A stretch of DNA of 64,000 nt from assembly GCA_963801815.1 (NCBI GenBank), contig CAWDGJ010000003.1:192001-256000 (forward strand), in the 5' to 3' direction. Both the position numbers and the translations under genes were made by a program. Below, piece after piece: positions 1 through 10,155 of this stretch; positions within the stretch are counted from its first letter, which is position 1; each line of letters starts with the position of its first letter. The notes under the pieces were generated by a model, which worked only from the letters and a program-made list of their open reading frames with translations, had not been told where the DNA came from and made no database searches. This DNA comes from an uncultured Verrucomicrobiae bacterium. Lineage in GTDB: Bacteria; Verrucomicrobiota; Verrucomicrobiia; Chthoniobacterales; UBA10450.

Positions 1-345
1 GGACTCTATGGCGTGATGAGTTTTTCGGTGAACCAGCGAACGCAGGAATTCGGCATTCGCATGGCGTTGGGAGCGGATGCGGCGCGAATTTTCCGAATGG
101 TGATGACGCAAGGCGCCTGGCAACTCGCCATTGGCCTTGTTCTCGGCGCAGGCGGTATTGCATTGCTTCTGGGAGTCGTCGCGGCCGCGGCGTTGAAAAA
201 TATTCTCTTCAAGGTCAACGCGCTCGACCCAACGATTTATTTCGCGGTGGCCGGCTTACTAACCCTTGTTGCGGCTGTCTCGTGCTTTGTTCCCGCGCGC
301 CGTGCTACGCGCGTCGATCCAATGGTCGCGCTCCGCTATGAGTAA
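1..345 (+). CDS. ABC transporter permease, ADOP/MacB-FtsX type (3' end only, truncated by window edge)
   Basis: FtsX motif QRTQEFGIRMALGA and family C-terminus PARRATRVDPMVALRYE; frame is open from the window start. Confidence 0.9.
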   Translation, partial: GLYGVMSFSVNQRTQEFGIRMALGADAARIFRMVMTQGAWQLAIGLVLGAGGIALLLGVVAAAALKNILFKVNALDPTIYFAVAGLLTLVAAVSCFVPARRATRVDPMVALRYE

Positions 346-368
346 CACCAACGCAACGGATAGGAAAA

Positions 369-2825
369 ATGCTTGAGGATTTCCGCTTCGCGTTTCGACA
401 ACTGGTCAAGAATCCCGGTTTCACACTGATTGCGATTTTTGCGCTCGCCCTCGGAATTGGCGCCAACACCGCGATCTTCAGCGTCGTCAACGCAGTCTTG
501 TTGCGGCCGCTGCCGTATCCCGATTCCGAAAAATTGATCGTATTGCGGGAACGCTCCAGCGTTTTCGAGCGTGGTGCAGTCGGTTACATGAACTGGGTCG
601 ACTGGCACGCCGCACAGCGAAGCTTTACAGATCTCGCACTCGTTAGGCGCGAAAACTTCAACTTTTCGCTGGGCACAAGCGGTGGCACGCCCGAACGCAT
701 TCGTGGCGTTCGCGCGAGCGCGGGTTTTCTTTCGGAGCTCGGATTGAAACCGTTGATCGGTCGCGATCTTACTCCGGCCGAAAATCTCGACGGCGCGCCC
801 AACGTCGCGTTGATCAGCGAAAATTTGTGGCGGAAACATTTTGCCGGTTCGCCCGATGTTTTGGGGCGTCGCGCGTTGATTGACGGCCTGGACCGCGAGA
901 TCGTAGGCGTTTTTTCGGCTCAATTGCAATTTGGTCGCAATCCCGACGTTCTAATTCCGCTGGGCGAGATCGTGAAAGATCCCGGAATGCAAAGCCGTGA
1001 CAATCATCAGGGATTTGCAGGGCTCGGCCGTTTGAAACCGGGAGTGACGATGGCCCAGGCCGACAGCGATCTGAATGCGATTGCGGCCGATCTAGAGAAA
1101 AAATATCCGCAATCGAATACTGGCCGCCGCGTGATGATGCGGCCGTTGTTTGACACGACGGTCGGAGATTATCGCGCGAGTTTGAATTTGCTTCTCGCCG
1201 CCGTCGCGTGTGTTTTGCTAATTGCGTGCGCCAATGTCGCTAATCTGCAATTGGCACGCGCGCTTGCTCGATCAAAAGAAATGGCAGTGCGCGCCGCGCT
1301 TGGCGCGAGCCGTTGGACTATCGCGCGTCAACTTTTGGTTGAGAGCACGCTCATCGCAGTGATTGGCGCAACTGCCGGAGCTTTGCTGACGGTCTGGAGT
1401 TTGGATGCAATTCTCACGCTGACGCCCGCTGAGGTCGCTCGGTTTCACGAAACGCGGATCGATCTTAGTGTCCTCGGCTTTACAACGATCGTGGCCTTGG
1501 TAGCTGGAATTTTGGTTGGCGTTTGGCCAGCCTGGCGAATTTCGCACACCGCTTCGCTTTCCGTTGCTTTGCACGAAGTCGGCACCCGCGGATCGAGCGA
1601 CGGCGCGGGGCGGCAACGGATGCGGTCGGGATTAGTCGTGACGCAGGTCGCGTTGGCGATCGTGCTGCTTGCCGGCGCAGGATTGACCTTGAAAAGTTTT
1701 TGGCATGCGGAAAATGCGCCGCTCGGCTTCAATCCGCATGGCATCGTAAATTTTGCAATCTCGCTGCCGGACGCGAAATATAAAAAAGCCGAGGAGAAGG
1801 ATGCGTTCTGGACGCGGTTGCTCGAACGTGTGCAAAATCTTCCCGGCGTCGAAGCGGCGGCCATTAGCGCGAACAGCCCGTTCGACGATAACGAATGGGA
1901 CAGCGGTTTTCACGTGACCGGGACGCCACCGGCTCCGCTGGGCCAAAAACCGCCCGCCGAAGTTAGTCCCGTTTCGCCGGATTATTTCCGCGTCATGGGA
2001 ATGCCGATTCTTCGCGGCCGCGGGTTTGGACACCAAGATCCGCCGGGTGAGAAAGGCCACTCGCGCTCGATCATTATCGATGAATCGTTCGCGCGGAAGT
2101 ATTTCTCCGGCAAAGATCCGATCGGGCAGCACATTGACGACAATCAAACGCTGGATGAAAAGGCACCCCCGATGACGATTGTCGGTGTCGTTCCCCGAAC
2201 ACGGAACGATGCGCCGGGCGAGGACAATTCGGAAAAGCTCCAGATGGTCCAGGAATATCTGCTGGCATCTCAAGCCCCAGAAGGCGCCAACAATCTACAC
2301 GTTCGGACGAGCCTCACGGACATCGGACCGTTGATCGCCGCAGTGAAGCACGAAGTGCAGGCGCTCGATGCAGACCAACCGATTGGCCAGATCACGACCA
2401 TGGACCAAGCGGTCGCCTCAAGTCTCGCCACTCGACGCTTAACGATGGTGCTATTGGCCGCCTTCGCGGTCCTCGCGCTCGTATTGGCCAGCGTTGGTTT
2501 GTATGGCGTGATGGCGCTGACGGTCACGCAGCGGACCCGCGAACTTGGGATTCGAATGGCGCTCGGCGCCGCGCGCACAAATATTTTTCGGCTGGTGCTC
2601 GGTCACGGTATTTCACTCGTCGGTGTCGGAGTCATTGTTGGTCTTCTCGGCGCGATTGCGGTTGGCCGCGCCTTGATGTCGTTGCTTTACAACGTCGGCG
2701 CACTCGATGCCGGCGCCGTTGTCACTGCGATCTTTTCGCTAACGGCCGTCGCCTTGATCGCGTGTTGCGTTCCGGCCCGGCGCGCCACTCGCGTTGATCC
2801 AATCGTCGCTTTGAGGACCGAATAA
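369..2825 (+). CDS. ABC transporter permease, duplicated MacB_PCD/FtsX (ADOP family)
   Basis: 818 aa; ALGIGANTAIFSVVNAVLLRPLPY, LLIACANVANL, RTRELGIRMALGA, VDPIVALRTE. Confidence 0.93.
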   Translation: MLEDFRFAFRQLVKNPGFTLIAIFALALGIGANTAIFSVVNAVLLRPLPYPDSEKLIVLRERSSVFERGAVGYMNWVDWHAAQRSFTDLALVRRENFNFSLGTSGGTPERIRGVRASAGFLSELGLKPLIGRDLTPAENLDGAPNVALISENLWRKHFAGSPDVLGRRALIDGLDREIVGVFSAQLQFGRNPDVLIPLGEIVKDPGMQSRDNHQGFAGLGRLKPGVTMAQADSDLNAIAADLEKKYPQSNTGRRVMMRPLFDTTVGDYRASLNLLLAAVACVLLIACANVANLQLARALARSKEMAVRAALGASRWTIARQLLVESTLIAVIGATAGALLTVWSLDAILTLTPAEVARFHETRIDLSVLGFTTIVALVAGILVGVWPAWRISHTASLSVALHEVGTRGSSDGAGRQRMRSGLVVTQVALAIVLLAGAGLTLKSFWHAENAPLGFNPHGIVNFAISLPDAKYKKAEEKDAFWTRLLERVQNLPGVEAAAISANSPFDDNEWDSGFHVTGTPPAPLGQKPPAEVSPVSPDYFRVMGMPILRGRGFGHQDPPGEKGHSRSIIIDESFARKYFSGKDPIGQHIDDNQTLDEKAPPMTIVGVVPRTRNDAPGEDNSEKLQMVQEYLLASQAPEGANNLHVRTSLTDIGPLIAAVKHEVQALDADQPIGQITTMDQAVASSLATRRLTMVLLAAFAVLALVLASVGLYGVMALTVTQRTRELGIRMALGAARTNIFRLVLGHGISLVGVGVIVGLLGAIAVGRALMSLLYNVGALDAGAVVTAIFSLTAVALIACCVPARRATRVDPIVALRTE

Positions 2826-2835
2826 ATTTGCGCGC

Positions 2836-5253
2836 ATGAATCATTTTCGTCTCGCATTCCGGCAGCTGATTAAGAATCCAGCATTCTCTGCGGTCGCAAT
2901 CGCAACACTTGCGCTCGGAATCGGAGCGAACACCGCCATCTTCAGCATCGTCAACGCGGTGTTGTTGCGGCCGCTTCCGTATCCCGACGCGGACCGCATC
3001 ATGGTGCTGCATGAATCTTCCGGGCCCGGACAGGATTACGCGGTTGCGTTGCCGGACTATCTTGACTGGCAAAAGGACAACACCGTTTTCGAGAATCTCG
3101 CCGCGACTCACAAGGAATCGCGAAACTTGAGCGGCATTCCTGGTCGTGACCCAGAACGGATCTCGGGCGCCGCGGTCACTCGAAATTTTTTCCACATCAT
3201 TGGGCTGCCAACCGAAATCGGCCGAACATTCGGTGAAAATGAAGACAAAGCCGGCGCGCCGCCGGTCGTCATAATCAGCGATCGTTTGTGGAGGCGCGCA
3301 TTCAATGCAGACCCTTCAGTGCTCGGACGCGCGATCACGCTGCACGATCAGAGCTACACAATCATCGGCGTGATGTCTCCGCAGGTGACTTCGCCGCAAG
3401 ACAGCGATTTTTGGATTTCGATGAACCGACGAATCGCCGGCATCTGGATGCAGCGTTTCATTCATCCAATGATTTACGTCTGGGGCAAACTCAAACCGGG
3501 CGTCACGGTCGAACAAGCGCGTACGGAAATGAAGGGAATCGCCGCGCGTTTGGAGAAAGCCTATCCGGATACCAACGGCCAGGAGACGGTAGTCGTCACG
3601 CCCCTGCTCGATAATCTCGTCGGTAAGTATAAGACAAATCTCGCGCTGCTTCTCGGAGCTGTCGGTCTGGTCTTGCTGATCGCGTGCGCGAATCTGGCCA
3701 ATTTGTTCGCTGCGCGTGGGGCCGCTCGCTCCCGCGAATTTGCCATCCATGCGGCCGTCGGTGCGACGCGCGGACAAATCATCAAAAAGCTTTTGATCGA
3801 GAGTTTTGTGATCGCGATCCTCGGCGGAGCACTCGGATTTTTGATCGCGGTTTGGGTCCGTAACGGTTTGATCGCATTGAGTCCGGGAGATGTCTCGCGT
3901 TTTCATCAGGTCTCGTTCGATCTTCCCGTTCTCGGTTTCACGTTTTTGATTGCATCATTCACGACGGTGCTCTTTGGATTGTGGCCGGCGTGGCAGGCGT
4001 CGCACGCTGATGTGCAGCTCGCATTGAAAGAGGGATCGGCTGGCAGCGGGGATCCGCCTTCAGCCAAGCGCGCGCGCGATTGGCTCGTTGTCGCTGAAAT
4101 CGCGCTCACTTTGACACTGCTGGTTGCGGCCGGCCTTGTTTTGAAAAGTTTTTCGCGGATGCAGAACGTTAAACTTGGTTACGAGCCGCACGGTCTTCTC
4201 ACGGCGCGGCTGGAACTTCCCTTCAGAGTTTATTCGACGCGGGAGAAAGTGACGGCGTTCGCCAATGCGCTTCTGGAAAAGGTTCGGGCACTGCCAGGAG
4301 TTCAAAGCGTCGGGTTTGGGTCCAACTCGCCGCTTATGGGCGGCTGGCAAACCGGTTTCTATCGCGAGGGCGTTCCGACTCCCACTCCGAGCGATATGCC
4401 GTCCGCCGACCTTGAAGTCATTGCCGGCGATTACTTCACGGCATTCAAAGTGCCGCTGCTCCGTGGTCGCACTTTCAATGCGGGAGACACAGCGAATTCG
4501 CCGCGCGTCATTGTGGTCGATCAGGCTTTGGCCGAGCAAATCTTTCCCGGCGAAGACCCTATCGGTAAACGCCTGGCCGTCGATGCAGGCAACGATAACG
4601 AAGGCTATGTTATGTCTGAGATCGTTGGCGTCGTCGCGCGGATGCGTTTTCACGCGATCGATGAGATGGCGCCGCAGCCGGTGATTTACTGCTCGATGGC
4701 GCAAGCGCAAAGAACGGGTCTCGGTCTTTTTGTTCGTTCTAATATGAACGTTGCGTCGTTTGCCAAATCACTTCGCGACGTCGTGAACTCGATCGATCCT
4801 TCCCAACCGATCTACGACGTGCAGCCAATGTTGGATCGCGTTCAGGAAACCTGGGGAACGCACCGCTTGTTAAGTTTTCTTTTTTCAATTTTTGCCGGGC
4901 TCGCGCTGGTGCTGGCGACCATCGGTCTTTACGGATTGCTCGCCTATACCACGCTCAAACGCGTCCGTGAAATCGGTGTTCGCCTCGCTCTTGGCGCGCG
5001 CCCGGCTCAGATTTGCATGCTTGTCCTGTCACATGGTTTGCAATTGCTCTTGATCGGGTCGGCGATTGGCCTCGTCGCAGCTCTTGCGTTGTCGCGAGCG
5101 CTGCAAAGCGTGCTCTTTGACGTCAAAGGGATCGATCCGCGGATTTATCTCGGCGTCGGCGCCATCCTCTTTGCTGCAACGTTCTTGGCTGCGTGGGTCC
5201 CAGCGCGTCGCGCCTCTCGGGTCGATCCGATCGTTGCGCTGCGAACGGAGTAA
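2836..5253 (+). CDS. ABC transporter permease, ADOP family
   Basis: 805 aa with the same duplicated permease motifs. Confidence 0.93.
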   Translation: MNHFRLAFRQLIKNPAFSAVAIATLALGIGANTAIFSIVNAVLLRPLPYPDADRIMVLHESSGPGQDYAVALPDYLDWQKDNTVFENLAATHKESRNLSGIPGRDPERISGAAVTRNFFHIIGLPTEIGRTFGENEDKAGAPPVVIISDRLWRRAFNADPSVLGRAITLHDQSYTIIGVMSPQVTSPQDSDFWISMNRRIAGIWMQRFIHPMIYVWGKLKPGVTVEQARTEMKGIAARLEKAYPDTNGQETVVVTPLLDNLVGKYKTNLALLLGAVGLVLLIACANLANLFAARGAARSREFAIHAAVGATRGQIIKKLLIESFVIAILGGALGFLIAVWVRNGLIALSPGDVSRFHQVSFDLPVLGFTFLIASFTTVLFGLWPAWQASHADVQLALKEGSAGSGDPPSAKRARDWLVVAEIALTLTLLVAAGLVLKSFSRMQNVKLGYEPHGLLTARLELPFRVYSTREKVTAFANALLEKVRALPGVQSVGFGSNSPLMGGWQTGFYREGVPTPTPSDMPSADLEVIAGDYFTAFKVPLLRGRTFNAGDTANSPRVIVVDQALAEQIFPGEDPIGKRLAVDAGNDNEGYVMSEIVGVVARMRFHAIDEMAPQPVIYCSMAQAQRTGLGLFVRSNMNVASFAKSLRDVVNSIDPSQPIYDVQPMLDRVQETWGTHRLLSFLFSIFAGLALVLATIGLYGLLAYTTLKRVREIGVRLALGARPAQICMLVLSHGLQLLLIGSAIGLVAALALSRALQSVLFDVKGIDPRIYLGVGAILFAATFLAAWVPARRASRVDPIVALRTE

Positions 5254-5259
5254 CCCCTT

Positions 5260-7704
5260 ATGAGGACGTTTCGCCACTCTTTGCGCGGTCTGATCAAGCA
5301 GCCGCTCTTCAGTGGAATTGTGATTCTGACGTTCGCTCTCGGAATTGGGGCCAATAGCGCTGTGTTCAGCGTGCTGAATGCCGTCTTGTTGCGGCCGTTG
5401 CCGTTTCACGATCCGCAAAATCTCGTTGCGATGGGCGAATTCGATTCACGCGAAAAGGCGGGTCCGGGAATAGAGATCGATTCGATCTCATACCTCGATT
5501 ACGTCGATTGGCGGGACCAGAAGTCCGTTTTCGAACACGTCGCCGTCTACACCAATCAGGGTGTTAGCACACTGACCGATGGCAATGAAGCATTGCATAT
5601 TCAGGGCGAGACCGTCTCAGCCGATTTGTTTCCGCTTCTTGGAGTTCAGCCGGTGCTCGGCCGGGTGTTCTTGCCGAAAGAAGACGAACCGGGCAATCAC
5701 GTTGTGATCTTGAGTCACGAGCTGTGGCAACGGCGGTTTGGCGCCGATCCCAATATCCTGGGAAGAAACGTGACGCTCGACGGTCAGCCGTTTCAGGTAG
5801 TTGGCGTAATGCCGCCACGATTTAGCTTCCCGATCCGCTCGATATCGCCGGAACTTTGGGTGCCGGTGTCGGTCCTGCGCGAAACAAAGGATGGCTCGAC
5901 GCCAATGACCGAGCAGCGCGACGACGATTTTTTCTCTTGCATCGCGCGACTGAAATCGGGCGTCTCCATCCAACAAGCGCAGGCCAACATCGACACCGTT
6001 ACCGCGAATTGGCGTCGGCAATATCCTGACACGAAACTTTATGTTGGCGCGAAAGTCGTCCCCGAAATCAGCGCGATGATTGGCAGCACCGATTCGGCGC
6101 TGGTGATGCTGTGCGCGATGGCGGGCTGCGTCTTGCTCGTCGCTTGCGTCAACGTCGCGAACTTGTTGCTGGCCCGGGCACTCTCGCGCAATCGGGAGAT
6201 CAGCATCCGTGCCGCGCTCGGCGCGGGACGCTGGCAGATCATCAAGCAACTGCTGGCCGAAAGTACCCTGCTCGGTGCGCTTGGCGGTCTTGCAGGATTA
6301 TTGATCGCGATCTGGGGAATCGACTCGCTTAAAGCTTTTCTGCCGAGCATCCCGCGAATCAACGAAATTTCACCGGACCTTCGTGTTCTGGCGTTCACAA
6401 CGGTGGTTAGTCTGGGTGTGGGGATGATTGCCGGACTTCTGCCGGCATGGCGCGCCTCGCGTCCGAATCTCGTGAGCTCGTTGAACGAAAGTTCGCGCGG
6501 TTCGAGCGAAGGCACTGGCGGTCATACGCGGGCCGCGCTAGTGATGGTCGAGATTGTCCTGGCGCTCGTCCTTCTGGCGAGTGCGGGATTGCTCGCCGAA
6601 AGTTTTGTTCGCCTGCAAAAAGTTCCGGCCGGTTTCGACACGACGAACGTGATGACGGCTCGCGTTGCGCTTCCGGACAAAAATTATCCGAAACCACAGG
6701 ATTCCGCCGCGTTTTTCAAGAAGCTGCTTGACCGGGTTTCAACGCTTCCCGGCGTACGGTCAGCTGGCGCGGCCTGGTGGGTTCCACTCAGCGGCAGCGA
6801 GATTTCTTTTAATCTCAATTTCGAACAGCGACCAGTGCCTGTGGGTCAGGAGCCGGTTGCGCAAGTCAACGTCGTGACGCCCGACTTCTTCCAAACCGTG
6901 CGCGCTCAAATCCGCTCCGGCCGCACGTTTACCGAACGCGACGATCTAAACGCACCGAAAGTGGCTATTGTGTCCGAAAGTTTCGCCAAGCAATTTTTCC
7001 CGGGCGAAGATCCAATCGGCAAACGAATTATCCCAAACGGATCAGTCGATCCCGGCAAACCGCCTGTGCGTGAAATCGTCGGCGTTGTCGCCGACATGCA
7101 TCTGATCAGCTTGCGAGATAAACCAAAGCCGCAGATTTATCTGCCGCTCCAACAATTCGGAATCGGTTCATTATCGATCTTTGTGCGAACAGATGTCGAT
7201 CCGCAATCGATCACGAACGCGTTGCGTCGAACCGTCACCGAGCTCGACAAGGATGTTCCGATTTATCGGACGCGCACCTTTGCCGACTACATGTCTCATT
7301 CGATTGCGCAACCGCGTTTGAATGCAATGCTGGTCGGTTTGTTCGCTCTGATCGCGTTGCTTCTGGCCGCTGCGGGAATTTTCGGCGTGATGAGCTACTC
7401 GGTCACGCAGCGAACGCAGGAAATTGGAATTCGTCTCGCACTTGGCGCACAACGGTACGATGTTTTGCGGCTTATCATCGGGCAGGGGATGCGTTTCGTG
7501 GGCATCGGTGTTCTGCTTGGTTTGCTCGGCGTATTTGCCTGCACGCGCCTGCTGCAAAGTCTGCTCTTCGGCATCGGTGCGACTGATTTGCCGACGATGC
7601 TCGGTGTTACTTTGATACTAAGCGCAGTCGCGTTCATCGCGTGTCTGTTGCCGGCGCGCCGCGCTACCCTGGTGGATCCCGTTCGAGCGCTGCGAGCTGA
7701 ATGA
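5260..7704 (+). CDS. ABC transporter permease, ADOP family
   Basis: 814 aa with the same duplicated permease motifs. Confidence 0.93.
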   Translation: MRTFRHSLRGLIKQPLFSGIVILTFALGIGANSAVFSVLNAVLLRPLPFHDPQNLVAMGEFDSREKAGPGIEIDSISYLDYVDWRDQKSVFEHVAVYTNQGVSTLTDGNEALHIQGETVSADLFPLLGVQPVLGRVFLPKEDEPGNHVVILSHELWQRRFGADPNILGRNVTLDGQPFQVVGVMPPRFSFPIRSISPELWVPVSVLRETKDGSTPMTEQRDDDFFSCIARLKSGVSIQQAQANIDTVTANWRRQYPDTKLYVGAKVVPEISAMIGSTDSALVMLCAMAGCVLLVACVNVANLLLARALSRNREISIRAALGAGRWQIIKQLLAESTLLGALGGLAGLLIAIWGIDSLKAFLPSIPRINEISPDLRVLAFTTVVSLGVGMIAGLLPAWRASRPNLVSSLNESSRGSSEGTGGHTRAALVMVEIVLALVLLASAGLLAESFVRLQKVPAGFDTTNVMTARVALPDKNYPKPQDSAAFFKKLLDRVSTLPGVRSAGAAWWVPLSGSEISFNLNFEQRPVPVGQEPVAQVNVVTPDFFQTVRAQIRSGRTFTERDDLNAPKVAIVSESFAKQFFPGEDPIGKRIIPNGSVDPGKPPVREIVGVVADMHLISLRDKPKPQIYLPLQQFGIGSLSIFVRTDVDPQSITNALRRTVTELDKDVPIYRTRTFADYMSHSIAQPRLNAMLVGLFALIALLLAAAGIFGVMSYSVTQRTQEIGIRLALGAQRYDVLRLIIGQGMRFVGIGVLLGLLGVFACTRLLQSLLFGIGATDLPTMLGVTLILSAVAFIACLLPARRATLVDPVRALRAE

Positions 7705-7734
7705 ATTTCTTAAAGTCTCAATCCCACAATTCTT

Positions 7735-10155
7735 ATGAACGACATTCGTTTCGCGTTTCGTAAACTTCGACAATCGCCAGCGTTTACTTCGATCGCGGTG
7801 CTCACTCTTGCTCTCGGGATCGGTCTCAACACGACTATCTTTAGTTTGGTCAACGATTTGTTTCTGCGCGGTCTTTCGTTCAAGGAACCGTCGCGCGTCG
7901 TCCACTTTTACGGCGGCGATAAGTCGCGCGGTCTGGAGGACATCGGTATCTCAGCGCCGCGATTCGAACATTTTAGCGATGGCCAAACAGTTTGTGAGAG
8001 TTTAGCGGGCGAGAACTTTTTCGCGTTTACTCTCACTGGCTTGGGCGATCCAGTCCAGGTTTTCGGCGGCCGATTAACTTCGAATTATTTCGACGTTGTC
8101 GGTGTGCGCCCAATTCTCGGACGCAATTTTCTCCCCGAGGAACAGGAAGGCGCCGATGTCGCGGTGATCACAAAAGCCTTCTGGCAAAAGCGGATGGGTG
8201 GTGATCCGAACGTGATTGGTCGCAGCATTACGCTCGATGGCGTTGCCCACACGATCGTTGGCGTGTTGCCGAACATGCCCGCGACCTGGTTTGGAGCAAA
8301 CCCCGTCGCTGAAGTTTGGACGACGAAGCCGTTTCAGCTTCCCGGGTTCAGTTACGAACGGCTGATGCGCGGAACGAGTTTTCTCCGCGTAATCGGCCGA
8401 CTCAAACCGAGCGTAACATTGGAGCAGGCCCGTGCGGCGCTGCCCTCGCTCGATCAAAGCTATCGAGCGCAATACCAGACGAAGATCGACAGCGGATTCG
8501 CGACGACAGTCCGAACATTGCCCGAAGACGTGACACGGAACTTTCGCGCTGGCTTCGCAACGCTCTTCGCCGCGGTCAGCTTTGTCTTGCTGATCGCGTG
8601 CAGCAATGTCGCGAACCTGTTGCTTGTTCGCTTTAGCGGACGGCGCCGCGAGATCGCTTTACGAATGGCGATCGGCGCGTCGCGCACCAGCGTCGTGCGC
8701 TTGTTCGTTTTCGAGAGCGTCCTGGTTAGCGCCATTGCCGGCGTGGCCGGTGCTTTTGTGGCGTGGCAACTGGTGCCGCTCGTCCCCCGAATGGCCGCCA
8801 ATTTTCTTCCATTTGAAGACAATACCGCAACCAGTTTTTCCGTTCCGGTGCTCTCGTTCACTATCGCATTGTCGATCTTGACCGGTCTGTTGATGGGAAT
8901 TTATCCCGCGCTTCAAGGCTCGCATGCCGATTTGGTCGATGGTTTGAAGGAGGGCGGCCGCGGGACGAGCGGAAGTGTGCGGCAACAGCGCTTCCGCAAA
9001 ATTCTTGTCGGCGCGCAGGTCGCGCTCTCTGTAACTTTGCTGGCCGGCGCGGCGTTGCTTATCACGAGTTTCATCCGCTTGAGCCAACAAAACATCGGGT
9101 TTCGTCCTTACAATCTCTGGACCGGCGCGATCACTTTGCCGACCTCGCAATATCCGGACACCCCGTCGCGGCAGCGTTTCGTCGAACAAACGGTGAATGC
9201 ATTGCGCGACGCTCCCGGATTAGAGAGCGTGACCATCAGCGGCGATATCCCGTTGGCGGGTGGCAATCGAACTCTCTACGCGCGGGCAGATCGCGACGTT
9301 CCGCCGATCGAGAATCGCCCCAGCGCCCCGAGCCACGACATTGCGCCCGACTACTTCAAGACCTGGGGCGTTCCGCTTTTGGCTGGCCGCGAGTTCAACG
9401 AACACGACACCGCTGACGGACAAAAGGTTTGCCTGATCAGCCAGGCCGGCGCGAAAAAACTTTATCCGAACGAGAACCCAATCGGCAAAACATTGCTGGT
9501 GTCGAGTTTGAGCGTGCCGTACGAAATCGTTGGAATCGTCGGCGATGTTCGCTCCATCAGAGTGAATGATGCGCCGGGAATGGAATATTATATCCCGTGG
9601 ACGCAGGAAAATTTCCCATTCGTGAACATCACCGTTCGCAGCAATCTCAAAGTCGATGCGGTGACCAAGCTCGTTCAAACCGCACTGACGAAAGTGAATC
9701 CGGGTTTGGCAATCGCCGTTCCGCAAAGCATGGACGCAGTTGTCGCGCAAGCGCTTGGGCAAGCGCGCTTGATGATGTGGCTTCTTGGAATTTTCGCCGG
9801 CGTGGCGTTACTACTCGCCAGTATCGGAATTTACGGAGCGGTTGCTTACACCGTCGAACAACGCACCGGCGAAATCGGAGTCCGGATGGCGCTCGGCGCA
9901 CAAACCCGCGACGTGCTTCGCCTTGTCGTAAATCAGGGAATGAAGCCGGTGATCATTGGACTGGCGATCGGCATTGTCGCTGCATTCGCATTGGGCCGAT
10001 TGATCGCATCGCAGCTCTTTGAAGTTTCCGCGCACAATCCTGCACTGCTTGGCGGCGCGACCATTCTGCTCGCGGCCACCGCCTTGTTCGCCTGTCTCTT
10101 GCCGGCCCGCCGCGCCTCAATGGTCGATCCGGTTCAGGCGTTACGCACCGAATAA
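7735..10155 (+). CDS. ABC transporter permease, ADOP family
   Basis: 806 aa with the same duplicated permease motifs. Confidence 0.93.
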   Translation: MNDIRFAFRKLRQSPAFTSIAVLTLALGIGLNTTIFSLVNDLFLRGLSFKEPSRVVHFYGGDKSRGLEDIGISAPRFEHFSDGQTVCESLAGENFFAFTLTGLGDPVQVFGGRLTSNYFDVVGVRPILGRNFLPEEQEGADVAVITKAFWQKRMGGDPNVIGRSITLDGVAHTIVGVLPNMPATWFGANPVAEVWTTKPFQLPGFSYERLMRGTSFLRVIGRLKPSVTLEQARAALPSLDQSYRAQYQTKIDSGFATTVRTLPEDVTRNFRAGFATLFAAVSFVLLIACSNVANLLLVRFSGRRREIALRMAIGASRTSVVRLFVFESVLVSAIAGVAGAFVAWQLVPLVPRMAANFLPFEDNTATSFSVPVLSFTIALSILTGLLMGIYPALQGSHADLVDGLKEGGRGTSGSVRQQRFRKILVGAQVALSVTLLAGAALLITSFIRLSQQNIGFRPYNLWTGAITLPTSQYPDTPSRQRFVEQTVNALRDAPGLESVTISGDIPLAGGNRTLYARADRDVPPIENRPSAPSHDIAPDYFKTWGVPLLAGREFNEHDTADGQKVCLISQAGAKKLYPNENPIGKTLLVSSLSVPYEIVGIVGDVRSIRVNDAPGMEYYIPWTQENFPFVNITVRSNLKVDAVTKLVQTALTKVNPGLAIAVPQSMDAVVAQALGQARLMMWLLGIFAGVALLLASIGIYGAVAYTVEQRTGEIGVRMALGAQTRDVLRLVVNQGMKPVIIGLAIGIVAAFALGRLIASQLFEVSAHNPALLGGATILLAATALFACLLPARRASMVDPVQALRTE

